From Candidatus Latescibacterota bacterium (lineage in GTDB: Bacteria; Latescibacterota; UBA2968; UBA8231), in the NCBI GenBank assembly GCA_965223905.1, contig CBDCXV010000009.1, positions 288,001 through 352,000 of the forward strand: 64,000 bases of DNA, written 5' to 3'. The position numbers and the translations under genes were made by a program. The notes under the pieces are model-generated. The model saw only the letters and a program-made list of their open reading frames with translations, was not told the origin of the DNA and searched no databases. Below are positions 10,088 to 20,178 of this stretch, piece after piece. Within the stretch, counting starts at the first letter, position 1. Each line of letters begins with the position of its first letter.

Positions 10088-11188
10088 TTGACTGCTGAAC
10101 TGGAGGACCGCGGGTCGCAGATCCGCGTGACGTCGCTGACGGCCTACCCGATGGACCCGAAGGCCTACGTCAAGATCGAGACCAGCATGGGAGTGACCGG
10201 CTGGGGGGAGATCAACAACATGGAGTCCGAGGTGGCCTGCGCCCTGGCGCGGTCGCTGTCGGAGATCGTCATCGGGGAGAACCCGACGCGGATGGAGCAC
10301 CTGTGGCAGCGGATGTTCCGGGCGCACCGCAACATCCGCGGGGGAGGCCTGATGGTGCACACCATCTCGGGGATCGACATGGCGCTGTGGGACATCGCCG
10401 GCAAGCTGTACGGGGTGCCGGTCTACCGCCTCCTCGGGGGGCCGGTGCGCGACAAAATCTGGAAATACCCCAGCTCCAAGGCGATCAAGGTGGGGCCGCC
10501 CGGGTCCCAGTACCACGCCGGGACGCCGGCGGAGGTCGACGTCCTGGTGCGGACGGTGCGGGAGGCGCGGGCGAAGGTCGGCCACGACGGCGCCGTGATG
10601 TTCGACGCCCACAGCATGCTGCCGCCCCCGATCGTCAGGCAGTTCGCGGCGCAGCTCGAGCCGGACGACCTGCTGTTCCTCGAGGAGGCCTGGGTACCGG
10701 GCAACATCGAGGTGATGGCGAGGCTGCGGCAGTCGGTGCCGGTGCCGCTGGCGACCGGGGAGCGCGACCGCACCATCTGGGAGGTGCGCGAGATCCTCGA
10801 GGCGCAGGTGGTCGACATCCTGCAGCCGGACTGCGGCCACGGCGGCGGCATCAGCCAGATGCGCAAGGTAGCCGCCCTCGCCGAGGCCCACCACGTGCCG
10901 ATCGCCCCGCACTGCACCATGTCCCACCTCGGTTTGACTGCGAGCCTGCAGGTGTCGGCCGCGGTGCCGCTGTTCCTGATCCACGAGGGCTACGAGGGGG
11001 TGCTGCCGGACGGCGTCGCCCGCAAGAACTGGGAGATGGACGAGGCGGGGTACGTGTCGCTTCCCGAGGGCCCCGGCCTCGGGGTGGAGGTCGACGAGGC
11101 GCAGGTCGTCGACCTGGCCTCGGACCGGTCGCGGAAGTTCCGCTGGCCCGACAACCGTCTGCGCGACGGCTCGGTCGCCGACTATTAA
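10088..11188 (+). CDS. Mandelate racemase/galactonate dehydratase-like enolase superfamily enzyme
   Basis: SGIDMALWDIAGK, FDAH, FLEE, ATGER, APH motifs. Confidence 0.9.
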   Translation: MTAELEDRGSQIRVTSLTAYPMDPKAYVKIETSMGVTGWGEINNMESEVACALARSLSEIVIGENPTRMEHLWQRMFRAHRNIRGGGLMVHTISGIDMALWDIAGKLYGVPVYRLLGGPVRDKIWKYPSSKAIKVGPPGSQYHAGTPAEVDVLVRTVREARAKVGHDGAVMFDAHSMLPPPIVRQFAAQLEPDDLLFLEEAWVPGNIEVMARLRQSVPVPLATGERDRTIWEVREILEAQVVDILQPDCGHGGGISQMRKVAALAEAHHVPIAPHCTMSHLGLTASLQVSAAVPLFLIHEGYEGVLPDGVARKNWEMDEAGYVSLPEGPGLGVEVDEAQVVDLASDRSRKFRWPDNRLRDGSVADY

Positions 11189-11239
11189 GAAGCTTCATCC
11201 TGCCCCGGCTTCATCCCTGACACGTTCTGGAGGTGCCGT

Positions 11240-12349
11240 ATGAACCGCTTAGGCTTGAGACAGCTTCTGGTCCTGATATCGCTTGCAATCCTTTCAGGTT
11301 GTGTTGCAAAGGAGTTTCCGGTAAAGGGTGAACTATTAATTGAGACGACGGAATTTTTCGTGGGAGTCTCTGGTGTTGCAGTAGACCCTAGGGATCCAAG
11401 TATCATTTACGTCGGCGATCGCAGAGGCCGAATTGCCAAAAGTATAGACCGCGGAAAAACCTGGGACCCATTGATAGATGGAACTGTCAGGACACTATCC
11501 TATCCCACCCGCGGTAGCATTGAAACTCTCTGCGATTACCCGGATTGTGAGGTCAGAGACATTGTGGTTGACCCTCGATCTCCAAGTAGAATCTTTCTGA
11601 CAAAGATAGGCAAAGCTTTTTTCAGTGAAGATGGGGGGTTGCAATGGTCAGAAGTCGGTCCAGCCAGTTCTGCGTTGTTCGTCAAAGAAATCCTGCGGTG
11701 GGGGGATAGGCTTCTTCTTTCCGCTACCGAAAGTTACCTGGAGAGACACCGTAGAGCACAGGGTTCACGAACCGATGACATAGGCGGCGGTTTGTACTTA
11801 AGCGAGGATAGTGGTGCTAGTTGGGTGAGGGCTCTGAATAAAGGGACGTGGGATATCTGTGTATCTACTTTGAATAACAATGTCGGATATGCCGCTGGCG
11901 GATATATTTTCAGAAGCGATGATGGTGGTCGGACTTGGATCGAAAAAGGACATCCACCTCTGGGAGAGAGCTCGATTTCGGCAGTTGAAATGAACCCAAA
12001 AGAGCCTGATATAGTGTACGCAGCCACTTGTGGTTCGCCTTCCAGCAAGTCTCAAGGCGTTTTTCGAAGCACAGATGGTGGGGATAGCTGGGTCGCTCAG
12101 GGTTTGCAAGGCCTGTGTATAAAGACATTAGCTGTCGATCCCCTTCATCCGAATATTTTGTATGCTGGCGGCGGGGAAAAAGGTCATCCGAGTGGAACAT
12201 ATCGAAGTGTTGATTCGGGTAAGAGCTGGACATCAATTCAAAAAAGGGGAGCGTCGATGGCATTATCCCTTGAGCCAGGCAATCCGGGAGTGGTCTATGA
12301 AGGGACCAATTTAGGATTATCCCGCTTTGTTTTCGCATTTCCAGATTGA
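11240..12349 (+). CDS. Low-GC lipoprotein with BNR/Asp-box (VPS10-like beta-propeller) repeats
   Basis: Lipobox ILSGC; repeated SxDxGxxW (SIDRGKTW, SEDGGLQW, SEDSGASW, SDDGGRTW, STDGGDSW, SVDSGKSW); visibly AT-richer than its neighbours. Confidence 0.8.
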   Translation: MNRLGLRQLLVLISLAILSGCVAKEFPVKGELLIETTEFFVGVSGVAVDPRDPSIIYVGDRRGRIAKSIDRGKTWDPLIDGTVRTLSYPTRGSIETLCDYPDCEVRDIVVDPRSPSRIFLTKIGKAFFSEDGGLQWSEVGPASSALFVKEILRWGDRLLLSATESYLERHRRAQGSRTDDIGGGLYLSEDSGASWVRALNKGTWDICVSTLNNNVGYAAGGYIFRSDDGGRTWIEKGHPPLGESSISAVEMNPKEPDIVYAATCGSPSSKSQGVFRSTDGGDSWVAQGLQGLCIKTLAVDPLHPNILYAGGGEKGHPSGTYRSVDSGKSWTSIQKRGASMALSLEPGNPGVVYEGTNLGLSRFVFAFPD

Positions 12350-12452
12350 GCAGGTAAAATGGTGAATATCATCACAGAGCAGAAATGATACATTCATTCA
12401 GTCATTCCCGTTCCGTCACGGATCGGTCGCGGACTGATGAGGAGCCTCCAAC

Positions 12453-13805
12453 GTGCCGACTCCAGAACCCGACAGCCTGTTCCACCGCGACCTCAACCAG
12501 GAGTACCCGGTCATGGTCCGCGGCGAGGGGATCTACCTCGTCGACGACGGGGGCCGGCGCTACATGGACGGCACCTCCGGGGCCGGAAACGTCATCCTCG
12601 GCCACGGCAACAAGCGCATCGCCGCGGCCATGGCGGAGCAGGCCGGGACCCTGGCCTACTGCTTCTCCGCCTTCCACACCAACCGGCCGGCGCGCGAGCT
12701 GTCGCAGCGGATCGCCGCCCTGGCCCCGGGCGACCTCGACTGCGTCTACTTCGTCAGCGGCGGCTCGGAGGGGATCGAGACGGCGCTCAAGATCGCGCGC
12801 CAGTACCACCTGCAGCAGGGGAACAAGCAGAAGTACCGGGTGATCGGCCGCTGGCGCGGCTACCACGGCGCCACTCTCGGGGCGCTGTCGGCCACCGGCA
12901 TGCCGGCGCTGCGCGAGCCGTTCTCCCCGTGGCTGCTGCCGTTCCACCACATCGCCCCCTGCTATCCGTACCGCTGTCCTTTCGCCGGCTGCGAAGGCCG
13001 CTGCAACTACAGCTGCGCCGGCGAGCTCGAGAAGGCGATCCTCCAGCTCGGCCCCGACAACGTCGCCGCCTTCGTCGGCGAGCCGGTGGTCCAGGGGGGC
13101 ATCGCCGCCGGCGTCCCCCCGGAGGAGTACTACGGCATCGTGCGCGAGACCTGCGACAAGTACGGCGTGCTCTTCATCGCCGACGAGATCATCACCGGCT
13201 TCGGCCGCACCGGAAAGCCGTTCGCCATCGAGCACTGGGACGTGGTGCCGGACATGATCGTCTTCGGCAAAGCGGCGAGCGCCGGGTACTGCCCCCTGAG
13301 CGGGGTGATCATGCGCGCGAAGATCCGCGACAGTTTCCGCGGCAGCGGCGACAGGTTCGCCCACGTCTTCACCTACGTCGACAACCCGGTCGCCATGCGC
13401 GTCGGCCTGACGGTGCAGGACATTCTCGACGAGGAGCAGGTGATCGCCGGAGCCGCGGCGACCGGCGCCTACCTGCACGAGCAGGCGCGGCAGCGGCTCG
13501 AGCGCCACCCCATCGTCGGCGAAATCCGCGGCAAGGGGATGCTGCTGGGGATAGAGCTGGTCAGGGACCGCGGCACCCGCGAGCCGTTCCCGGCCTCGGA
13601 GAACGTCCACAAGCGGATGGTCAGGCTGATGTTCGAACGCGGACTGTCGGCGTCGGGAACGGGGGGCGCCGCCGACTGGAAGAACGGCGACGACGTGCGC
13701 TTCTATCCGCCGCTGATCACCACCCCTGCCCAGGTCGACGAGGCGCTCGGGATCGTCGACGAGGCGCTCGGCCAGATCGAGGGAGAGCTCGGTGTCGCAG
13801 GCTGA
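12453..13805 (+). CDS. Class III PLP-dependent aminotransferase
   Basis: SGGSE, GYHG, IADEIITGFGRTG, FGK (PLP lysine). Confidence 0.92.
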   Translation: MPTPEPDSLFHRDLNQEYPVMVRGEGIYLVDDGGRRYMDGTSGAGNVILGHGNKRIAAAMAEQAGTLAYCFSAFHTNRPARELSQRIAALAPGDLDCVYFVSGGSEGIETALKIARQYHLQQGNKQKYRVIGRWRGYHGATLGALSATGMPALREPFSPWLLPFHHIAPCYPYRCPFAGCEGRCNYSCAGELEKAILQLGPDNVAAFVGEPVVQGGIAAGVPPEEYYGIVRETCDKYGVLFIADEIITGFGRTGKPFAIEHWDVVPDMIVFGKAASAGYCPLSGVIMRAKIRDSFRGSGDRFAHVFTYVDNPVAMRVGLTVQDILDEEQVIAGAAATGAYLHEQARQRLERHPIVGEIRGKGMLLGIELVRDRGTREPFPASENVHKRMVRLMFERGLSASGTGGAADWKNGDDVRFYPPLITTPAQVDEALGIVDEALGQIEGELGVAG

Positions 13806-14106
13806 AACCCCGGGGGCGCGGCGGCTGGCCAGGATGCGGGAGTCCGGGTACGAGGCCGGGCGGTCGTACGGCGATTTCCTCGCGGAGCTGTTCGGCTACC
13901 TCGAGATCGACCCAAAGAAGTTCCGGCGCGCCGCCAGGAAGGTGGCCCCGCTGCTGACCGCTGAGGAGCTGCGCGGCCTCGTGCAGATCGGGCGGGACGT
14001 GCCGGCGACGCCGGGGGATTTCGAGGACCGCTTCGAGGAGGTATGCGCCGGCAGGTCGGCCGAGGAGCGCCGCGAGCTGATGCGGTTGTGGCTCCGCTAC
14101 CTGTAG
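13792..14106 (+). CDS. Hypothetical protein
   Basis: 104 aa, genome-typical codon usage, overlaps the upstream stop. Confidence 0.5.
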   Translation: MSQAETPGARRLARMRESGYEAGRSYGDFLAELFGYLEIDPKKFRRAARKVAPLLTAEELRGLVQIGRDVPATPGDFEDRFEEVCAGRSAEERRELMRLWLRYL

Positions 14107-14137
14107 CCGGCGGCAGGCGAGGGAGGGATAGAGCTTG

Positions 14138-14443
14138 CTACCCCGTTTCCAGATGGGGCCGCACCTCCCGATCCAGACGGTCGGACAGTTCGTCCTCTGC
14201 TGTATCGAGCTCATAGTCCATCTGAATCCCCATCCAGAACTGGGACGACATGTTGAAGTAGCGTGCCAGTCGCAGGGCGGTATCGGCAGAAATGCCTCGT
14301 TTCCCCAGGACGATCTCGTTGATACGCCGGGGAGGCACGCCGATGGCGAGCGCCAGGCGGTTTTGGCTGAGGTTCATCGGCTCGAGGAACTCTTCCAGCA
14401 AAACTTCCCCGGGATGAACGGGGGCCAACTTCCGAGCAGGCAT
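14138..14443 (-). CDS. higA: HigA-family antitoxin (HTH)
   Basis: MPARKLAPVHPGEVLLEEFL...ISADTALRLARYF...FWMGIQMDYEL; GAGGGAG RBS. Confidence 0.9.
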   Translation of the reverse strand: MPARKLAPVHPGEVLLEEFLEPMNLSQNRLALAIGVPPRRINEIVLGKRGISADTALRLARYFNMSSQFWMGIQMDYELDTAEDELSDRLDREVRPHLETG

Positions 14444-14453
14444 AATCTCTCCC

Positions 14454-14519
14454 TCAGTGGTAGTCCACGATCTCAAGGTACGCATGGCGCCTGCATGAGG
14501 TACGCATGGCGCCTGCATG
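14454..14519 (-). pseudogene. higB: 3' remnant of HigB toxin, with a 22-bp tandem duplication at the breakpoint
   Basis: Minus strand reads HAYLEIVDYH-stop, the typical HigB C-terminus, just upstream of higA; aggtacgcatggcgcctgcatg x2 at 14476-14519. Confidence 0.7.
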
Positions 14520-14547
14520 CCGGCAGAAAACGCTGAGGCTCCCGCCC

Positions 14548-15192
14548 TCAGGACGTGATCAGGAAGGTCGCGAACATCGCGACCCAGACCCCTTCGAGAA
14601 AATGCCAGTAGGTGGCGCACCCGCGCACGGTGGGCAGGTGCTCCAGCCCGAGGCGGCCGAATGTCGCGCGCCAGGCGAGAGCGCCAAGCGGCACCAGGCC
14701 TCCGAGCACATGGGCGGCGTGGATGGCGATCAGGCAGAAGGTCACCCCCTCCATGCCGGGATGCGGGGTGCGCAGGGAGAGCTCGTGCTCGTGGAAGAGG
14801 CGCAGGATCGCGTGCGACTGCACCGCGACGAAGGCGATGCTGGCGAGGAAGGTGACCTTCACCCAGCGCCTCACCTCTTCGACGCGGCCCCGGCGCGCGT
14901 TCCAGGCCGCCCCCTCGACAGCCATTCCCGCGAGCAGCAGCAGCGCCGTCGACAGCCACATCGCCAGCGGCGGCGGCTTGCTGACCGGCGGGTACTCCGG
15001 GGGCCGCGACAGGTCGGTCAGGATGAACACCAGCAGGGAGCCGGCGAAGAAGAGGCCGAGCGATACCAGGAACAGGCGCAGCCCCATGCGGCGGAGGGAG
15101 CCGGCGTCCGGCAGCGGCGCCCTGGGCGCGGGTTCTCCGGGCCGCTGTCCCTCTTCGGGAAGCTCGGGGGATTGTTCAGGGGGACGTGCCAA
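14548..15192 (-). CDS. Cytochrome c oxidase subunit III-like membrane protein
   Basis: Five TM segments; IHAAHVLGG and YWHFLEGVW motifs. Confidence 0.8.
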   Translation of the reverse strand: MARPPEQSPELPEEGQRPGEPAPRAPLPDAGSLRRMGLRLFLVSLGLFFAGSLLVFILTDLSRPPEYPPVSKPPPLAMWLSTALLLLAGMAVEGAAWNARRGRVEEVRRWVKVTFLASIAFVAVQSHAILRLFHEHELSLRTPHPGMEGVTFCLIAIHAAHVLGGLVPLGALAWRATFGRLGLEHLPTVRGCATYWHFLEGVWVAMFATFLITS

Positions 15193-15302
15193 GTGGGCTT
15201 TCGCGGGTGCGGATTGGTAGCGCCGATCCGGTATATTAAGGGAAAACCGCGGCAGGCAGACCGGTTTTGTTGAGAACTTCGAGGAGTTGGGGATATGAGC
15301 CG

Positions 15303-16019
15303 ATGAACTCGGATCGGAAGATCATCATCATCGCCGGACCCAACGGCGCCGGAAAAACGACCTTCGCACGGGAGCATTTACCTCGCGAGGCGGAATGTCC
15401 CAACTTCGTCAACGCGGATTTGATCGCAACGGGCCTGTCCCCTTTTCAGCCGGAGGCCGCCTTTTTTCGGGCCGCCCGGTTGATGTTGGAGGAAATCGGC
15501 AACCATGTGCAGCAGCGTAGAAGTTTTGCCTTTGAAACCACCTTGTCCGGTCTTGGCTATGCCAGAATGATCCCGCGCTGGCGAAGCGACGGTTATACGG
15601 TGAAGCTGATATTTCTGGCGCTGGCAACGCCGGAAGAAGCGATCAAGCGGGTTGAATTGCGCGTCAGGCAAGGCGGCCACCATGTCCCGCCGGATGTCAT
15701 TCGCCGGCGCTTTGCGACCGGTTTCAAGAACTTTAAGAATACGTACCGCCATATCGTCAATTATTGGCAGTGGTTCGACAACAGCGGCCTTATTCCCACA
15801 TTGATTGATAAGGGAGAAAACCCGGTGACTGAACGAACCCGAGAAGTCCCTGCCTCGCAACATGGCGACAAGGAAACGCAGGATGTCCTTAACGCGCTAC
15901 ATCGTGCCGCCAGACGCGCACACAGGATCGCACACCAGCACCAGACCGGGGTGGTCGTTATGCGAGATGGCAAGGCCGTAGAAATTGAGCCGGATCCCGA
16001 GATGTACGAGGAGGAGTAG
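15303..16019 (+). CDS. Zeta-toxin-like P-loop ATPase/kinase, in-frame with a ~64-aa C-terminal partner
   Basis: IIIIAGPNGAGKTT, VNAD, FAFETTLS, RVRQGGH; internal RBS plus GTG at 15825. Confidence 0.8.
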   Translation: MNSDRKIIIIAGPNGAGKTTFAREHLPREAECPNFVNADLIATGLSPFQPEAAFFRAARLMLEEIGNHVQQRRSFAFETTLSGLGYARMIPRWRSDGYTVKLIFLALATPEEAIKRVELRVRQGGHHVPPDVIRRRFATGFKNFKNTYRHIVNYWQWFDNSGLIPTLIDKGENPVTERTREVPASQHGDKETQDVLNALHRAARRAHRIAHQHQTGVVVMRDGKAVEIEPDPEMYEEE

Positions 16020-16141
16020 CATAAAGACGAAGAAGGCCAGAAAAAGCTTCGGCCTGAAATTGTCGTTCTTGAAATACTGGTATTGACTAAGGTAACTCAG
16101 GCAGGTATGAGTCTTCTGGTATGGTCCGGATTTAAGCGTAT

Positions 16142-17620
16142 ATGACCGAAGAGCAACTCCATAACCTCCTTGCCCTCGGCGAAGGTTCCACCACCGAGTT
16201 CAAACGCGGACTCCCCTCCAACTTGGGTAGGGAGATCTGCGCTTTCGCCAATGCTTCCGGGGGAGCGATCCTGCTCGGCGTTTCGGATGCGGGGGAGATC
16301 GTCGGTGTAGCCGACCACAACAGTCTGAAGTCGAGGGTGCAGAGCACCGCACGGTCCGCGGACCCGCCGATCTCGGTAGAAGTCGAGAGCTTCGGTGAGG
16401 TTCTGTCCGTGGTCGTGCCGCCGCAGGAACGCAAGCCCTACTCGTTCGGTGGGCGGTTCTTCATACGCGATGGGGCGAACAGTCAGCAGATGTCGAATGC
16501 GGAAGTGGAAAACCTGTTCTACGCGGTCGGGCGTCTTCATTTCGACAAGAAGCCATGCGAGGCTTTCTCCTTGGAAAACGACCTTGATGACCGGACCTGG
16601 GCGCGGTTCAGCGGACGCGCCAAGATCCCGGAGGCGATGGATAGGGTAGTGGCCCTCCGAAACCTCGGCCTGATCGACGCGCAAGACCGCATGACCCACG
16701 CCGGGGCATGGCTTCTGGCACGAGACATTCGGACGTTCACGACCAGTGCCCACGTGTCCTGTGCCCTCTTCATGGGTACCGAGAAGGTCAGGATTCTCGA
16801 CCGGCGGGACTTCCACAGCGACATCCCGGCGATGATTGACGAGGTGGTGGCTTGGATTCTCACCAAAATCAATGTCGAATTCATCATCAGGCATGTGAGG
16901 CGGGAGGAACGGCCGGAATTGCCCGAAGAAGCCCTTCGCGAGGCGGTGGTGAATGCAGTTGCACACCGCGATTACCGCTCGACCGCGAACGTCCAGATTT
17001 ACGTCTTCAAGGACCGGATCGAAATCGTCAGTCCGGGCGGGTTGCCCGAAGGGATGGGGGAAGCGGATCTGGGCACCAAGAGCGTGCCCCGCAATCCGCT
17101 GCTGTTCGGCATGTTGTACCGAATGGACGTGGTGGAGCAGATCGGTTCCGGCATTCGGCGCATTCGGGAGCTGTGTCGAGAGCACGGGGTGGCGGAGCCG
17201 GTGATCGAGGTGTCCGAGCACTGGGTTACCACTACTTTCAAGCGGCCACCGGCAGAAGTCGGGACCATGTCGGGAACAACTGGGGACCAGATCGCCAACT
17301 CCATATCTGACAGTACGTTACACTATCCTGGAACCCCCCCGGGGGATTCGACAGCCCAGGTCGGAACCAAGCAAGCACTAAGTAGGAACCAAGTTGGAAT
17401 TCTCCGTAACTCCTTGAACGAGCAGGCAATTACGGAGTTGATGGTACTGGCGGGAAAAAAAGATCGCACCAAGTTCAGGAACCAAGTGCTCAGGCCCTTG
17501 CTGGAGGAGGGGTTGCTGGAGATGACCGTCCCCGACAAGCCCCGAAGCAGCAAGCAGAAGTACCGGGTGACGGCACGGGGCAGGGACCTGTTGGCGGAGT
17601 TGGACAGAAAGCCGGATTGA
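16142..17620 (+). CDS. Schlafen/AlbA_2 - HATPase_c_4 (RecG-C-like) - wHTH protein, paralogue 1
   Basis: GEGSTTEFKR, ICAFANASGG, REAVVNAVAHRDY, SPGGL, RNPLL, EQIGSGI; C-terminal PDKPRSSKQKYRVT. Confidence 0.85.
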   Translation: MTEEQLHNLLALGEGSTTEFKRGLPSNLGREICAFANASGGAILLGVSDAGEIVGVADHNSLKSRVQSTARSADPPISVEVESFGEVLSVVVPPQERKPYSFGGRFFIRDGANSQQMSNAEVENLFYAVGRLHFDKKPCEAFSLENDLDDRTWARFSGRAKIPEAMDRVVALRNLGLIDAQDRMTHAGAWLLARDIRTFTTSAHVSCALFMGTEKVRILDRRDFHSDIPAMIDEVVAWILTKINVEFIIRHVRREERPELPEEALREAVVNAVAHRDYRSTANVQIYVFKDRIEIVSPGGLPEGMGEADLGTKSVPRNPLLFGMLYRMDVVEQIGSGIRRIRELCREHGVAEPVIEVSEHWVTTTFKRPPAEVGTMSGTTGDQIANSISDSTLHYPGTPPGDSTAQVGTKQALSRNQVGILRNSLNEQAITELMVLAGKKDRTKFRNQVLRPLLEEGLLEMTVPDKPRSSKQKYRVTARGRDLLAELDRKPD

Positions 17621-17629
17621 CCCATTCCT

Positions 17630-17828
17630 GCACGGTGCTGGCGAAGAGGATCAGGATGAAGTTCCAGGAGCTGGGGCTATGAGGCGATGCACCCGGACCG
17701 GAATACCATCACCATCGCCGGACGACCTTTGCATGGGAGCATTACCCCGCGGAGCCGAATGTCACACTTTGGTTGTGGTTATGGAAAAAGGCAAGGTCGT
17801 AGAAATTGAGCCGGATCCCGAGATGTAC
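17630..17828 (+). pseudogene. Collapsed relic of the hsdM 3' end plus zeta-like ATPase gene
   Basis: VLAKRIRMKFQELGL-stop matches the hsdM end; the following DNA matches the zeta gene 5' end with Walker A deleted, then its 3' end (gtagaaattgagccggatcccgagatgtac). Confidence 0.75.
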
Positions 17829-17848
17829 TGCGAGCATCGGGAGAAATA

Positions 17849-18735
17849 GTGCAACAGGGCGTTGAACAATTGAACCAGGCGCCTCCATACCTGTTCACCC
17901 CGGAGATACTGTCCTTGGTGGAGCGGATCGGCGAGGGAATCGGGCGGGCCGAGGCTTCCGGCGTCGCGCAGGATCTGCGGCTGCGGCGTATCAACCGCAT
18001 CCGAACGATACAGGGATCGCTGGCGATCGAGGGGAACACGCTGACCGAGGGGCAGATATCAACGCTGCTGGACGGCAAACCGGTTGCCGGACCCCTGCGG
18101 GAAATCCAGGAAGCTCAACGCCATCAAGGCGTACGACGTGTACGAGGCGTGGGATCCGGCAAAAGAGGCCGACCTCCTTGAGGCGCACCGCATCCTGATG
18201 GCCGGCCTGCTGGACAGGCCGGGGAGTTACCGCCGCGGCGGGGTGATGGTAGGAGGACCTGGAGGGGTCCATCACGTCGGCCCGCTGCCGGCACGGGTGC
18301 CGGAGCAGATGGCGAAGCTGCTGGGGTGGGTGGGGAGTGCGGGAGAGCATCCGCTGATTTCCAGTTCGGTCTTTCATTACGAGTTCGAGTTCATCCATCC
18401 CTTCGAGGACGGCAACGGCCGCATGGGGCGGCTGTGGCAGACGCTGATCCTGACGCACTGGCGGGACCTGTTCGCTCATCTTCCGGTGGAGAGCCTCGTG
18501 CACGCCCGCCAGAGCGACTACTATGCGGCTATCCGTGAGAGCTCGGCGGCCGGGGGAGAGCACGCCCTTCATCGTATTCATGCTGGAAATTATCCGGCTT
18601 GCCGTTACGGAGCAGACCTGAGCGGGGATGTGAACTTTGCCGGGAGCTCTGCTGGAGATTACCGTCCCGGACAGCAAGCTGAAGTACCGAGTGATGGCAA
18701 GGGACAGGGACCTGTTGGTGGAGTTGGACAGATGA
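17849..18735 (+). pseudogene. Fic-family protein, frameshifted (~18115 and ~18557) with eroded wHTH tail
   Basis: GSLAIEGN in one frame, HPFEDGNGRMGR Fic motif in another, ESTPFIVFMLEII in a third. Confidence 0.8.
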
Positions 18736-18744
18736 GTACCCGTT

Positions 18745-20178
18745 ATGAATGAAAGAACCCTCCTCAGCCTGATCACCCTCGGCGAAGGCTTCACAACGGA
18801 GTTCAAGCGCTCTTTCCCCTCCGACCTGGGCACCGAAATCTGCGCCTTCGCGAATTCCACGGGCGGCGTAATTCTGCTCGGCGTGACGAACGAAGGGGAG
18901 ACCGTAGGCATTGGGAACCACAACAAGCTGAAATCGCAGGTCCAGTCTACCGCGCGTTCGGCGGAGCCACCGATTGCGGTCGAAGTGGAATCCGCCGGCG
19001 ACGTGCTCTGCGTGACCGTGCCCGAACAGCACGGAAAGCCCTATTCCTTCGGCGGAAGGTTCTACATCCGCCAAGGCGCCAATTCTCAGCAAATGTCCCG
19101 CGACGAAATCCGGGAGTTCTTCTACAAGGAAGGACTCATTCGCTTCGACGAGACGCCTTGCCAGCGCTTCGATCTCCAGCGCGATCTGACGCCGGAAGCG
19201 TGGTCTCGATTCGCCGGGCGGACTCGCATTCCGGACGACATGGAACCCTTGACGGCGCTGGAAAACCTGCATCTTGTCGTTGATGGAAAGATGACCCACG
19301 CCGGAGCGTGGCTGCTGGCGGACGATATCACCCGGTACAGCTTGCAGGCAGGGGTGACCTGCGCCCTGCTGCGGGGGGTGACCAAGACGCACATTCTCGA
19401 TCTCAAGAACTTCACCGGCGATCTCTACTCGATCTACGAGGATTGTGTGGCCTACGCACAGGCCAAGCTGAACACGGCGCTGATGCCGCACGTTCGCGGC
19501 AGGGATGAGCGTCTGGAGCTGCCCGAGGACGCGATTCGCGAAGCATTGGTGAACGCCATCGCGCACCGGGACTATCGATCTACCGCCAACGTACAGATGT
19601 ACGTGTTCCACGACCGGTTGGAAATCGTGACGCCGGGCGGGTTGCCCGCAGGAATGCGCGAAGAGGATCTGGGCGTCAAGAGCGTGCCGCGGAACCGGTT
19701 GCTGTTCGGGATGTTTCACCGCATGGGGATGGTGGAGCAGATCGGCAGCGGAATCAGGCGCATTCGACAGGAGTGCCGCGACTACGGGGTGGCGGAACCG
19801 GTGATCGAGGTATCCGAGCACTGGGTGACCATGACCTTTCAAAGGCCGTCCGCACAAATCGGTGAGCAAGTCACCGCGCATGTCAGGGCCCAAGTCCATG
19901 CAGGGCCAGAGTCAGGGCCAGAGTCAGGGCCAGAGTCAGGGCCAGAGTCACTGGAACTGCGCGTCCTGGCGCTACTGATCGAAGAACCTCTTTCGAGATC
20001 CGCCATAGCTGATGGTTTGGGACACCAATCCGTGTCGGCCGGCCTCAACAGAGTGATCCGCAACCTGGTGCGTGACAGGCGTATTGCGTACACGGTCCCG
20101 GACAAGCCGGGCAGCAGGCTTCAGAAGTACCGGATTACGCCAGCCGGGAGATCGGCGCTCGAAGAGTCAGCCAAGTGA
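18745..20178 (+). CDS. Schlafen/AlbA_2 - HATPase_c_4 - wHTH protein, paralogue 2
   Basis: GEGFTTEFKR, ICAFANSTGG, REALVNAIAHRDY; colinear with 16142-17620. Confidence 0.85.
   Translation: MNERTLLSLITLGEGFTTEFKRSFPSDLGTEICAFANSTGGVILLGVTNEGETVGIGNHNKLKSQVQSTARSAEPPIAVEVESAGDVLCVTVPEQHGKPYSFGGRFYIRQGANSQQMSRDEIREFFYKEGLIRFDETPCQRFDLQRDLTPEAWSRFAGRTRIPDDMEPLTALENLHLVVDGKMTHAGAWLLADDITRYSLQAGVTCALLRGVTKTHILDLKNFTGDLYSIYEDCVAYAQAKLNTALMPHVRGRDERLELPEDAIREALVNAIAHRDYRSTANVQMYVFHDRLEIVTPGGLPAGMREEDLGVKSVPRNRLLFGMFHRMGMVEQIGSGIRRIRQECRDYGVAEPVIEVSEHWVTMTFQRPSAQIGEQVTAHVRAQVHAGPESGPESGPESGPESLELRVLALLIEEPLSRSAIADGLGHQSVSAGLNRVIRNLVRDRRIAYTVPDKPGSRLQKYRITPAGRSALEESAK
19901..19950 (+). repeat. 12-bp tandem repeat (cagggccagagt)x4 encoding a (GPES)4 linker
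   Basis: Read directly from the sequence. Confidence 0.9.

Noticed and set aside
19901-19950. CRISPR-like array
   Set aside because: Contiguous 12-bp coding repeats without spacers; no cas genes or spacer arrays seen in the window
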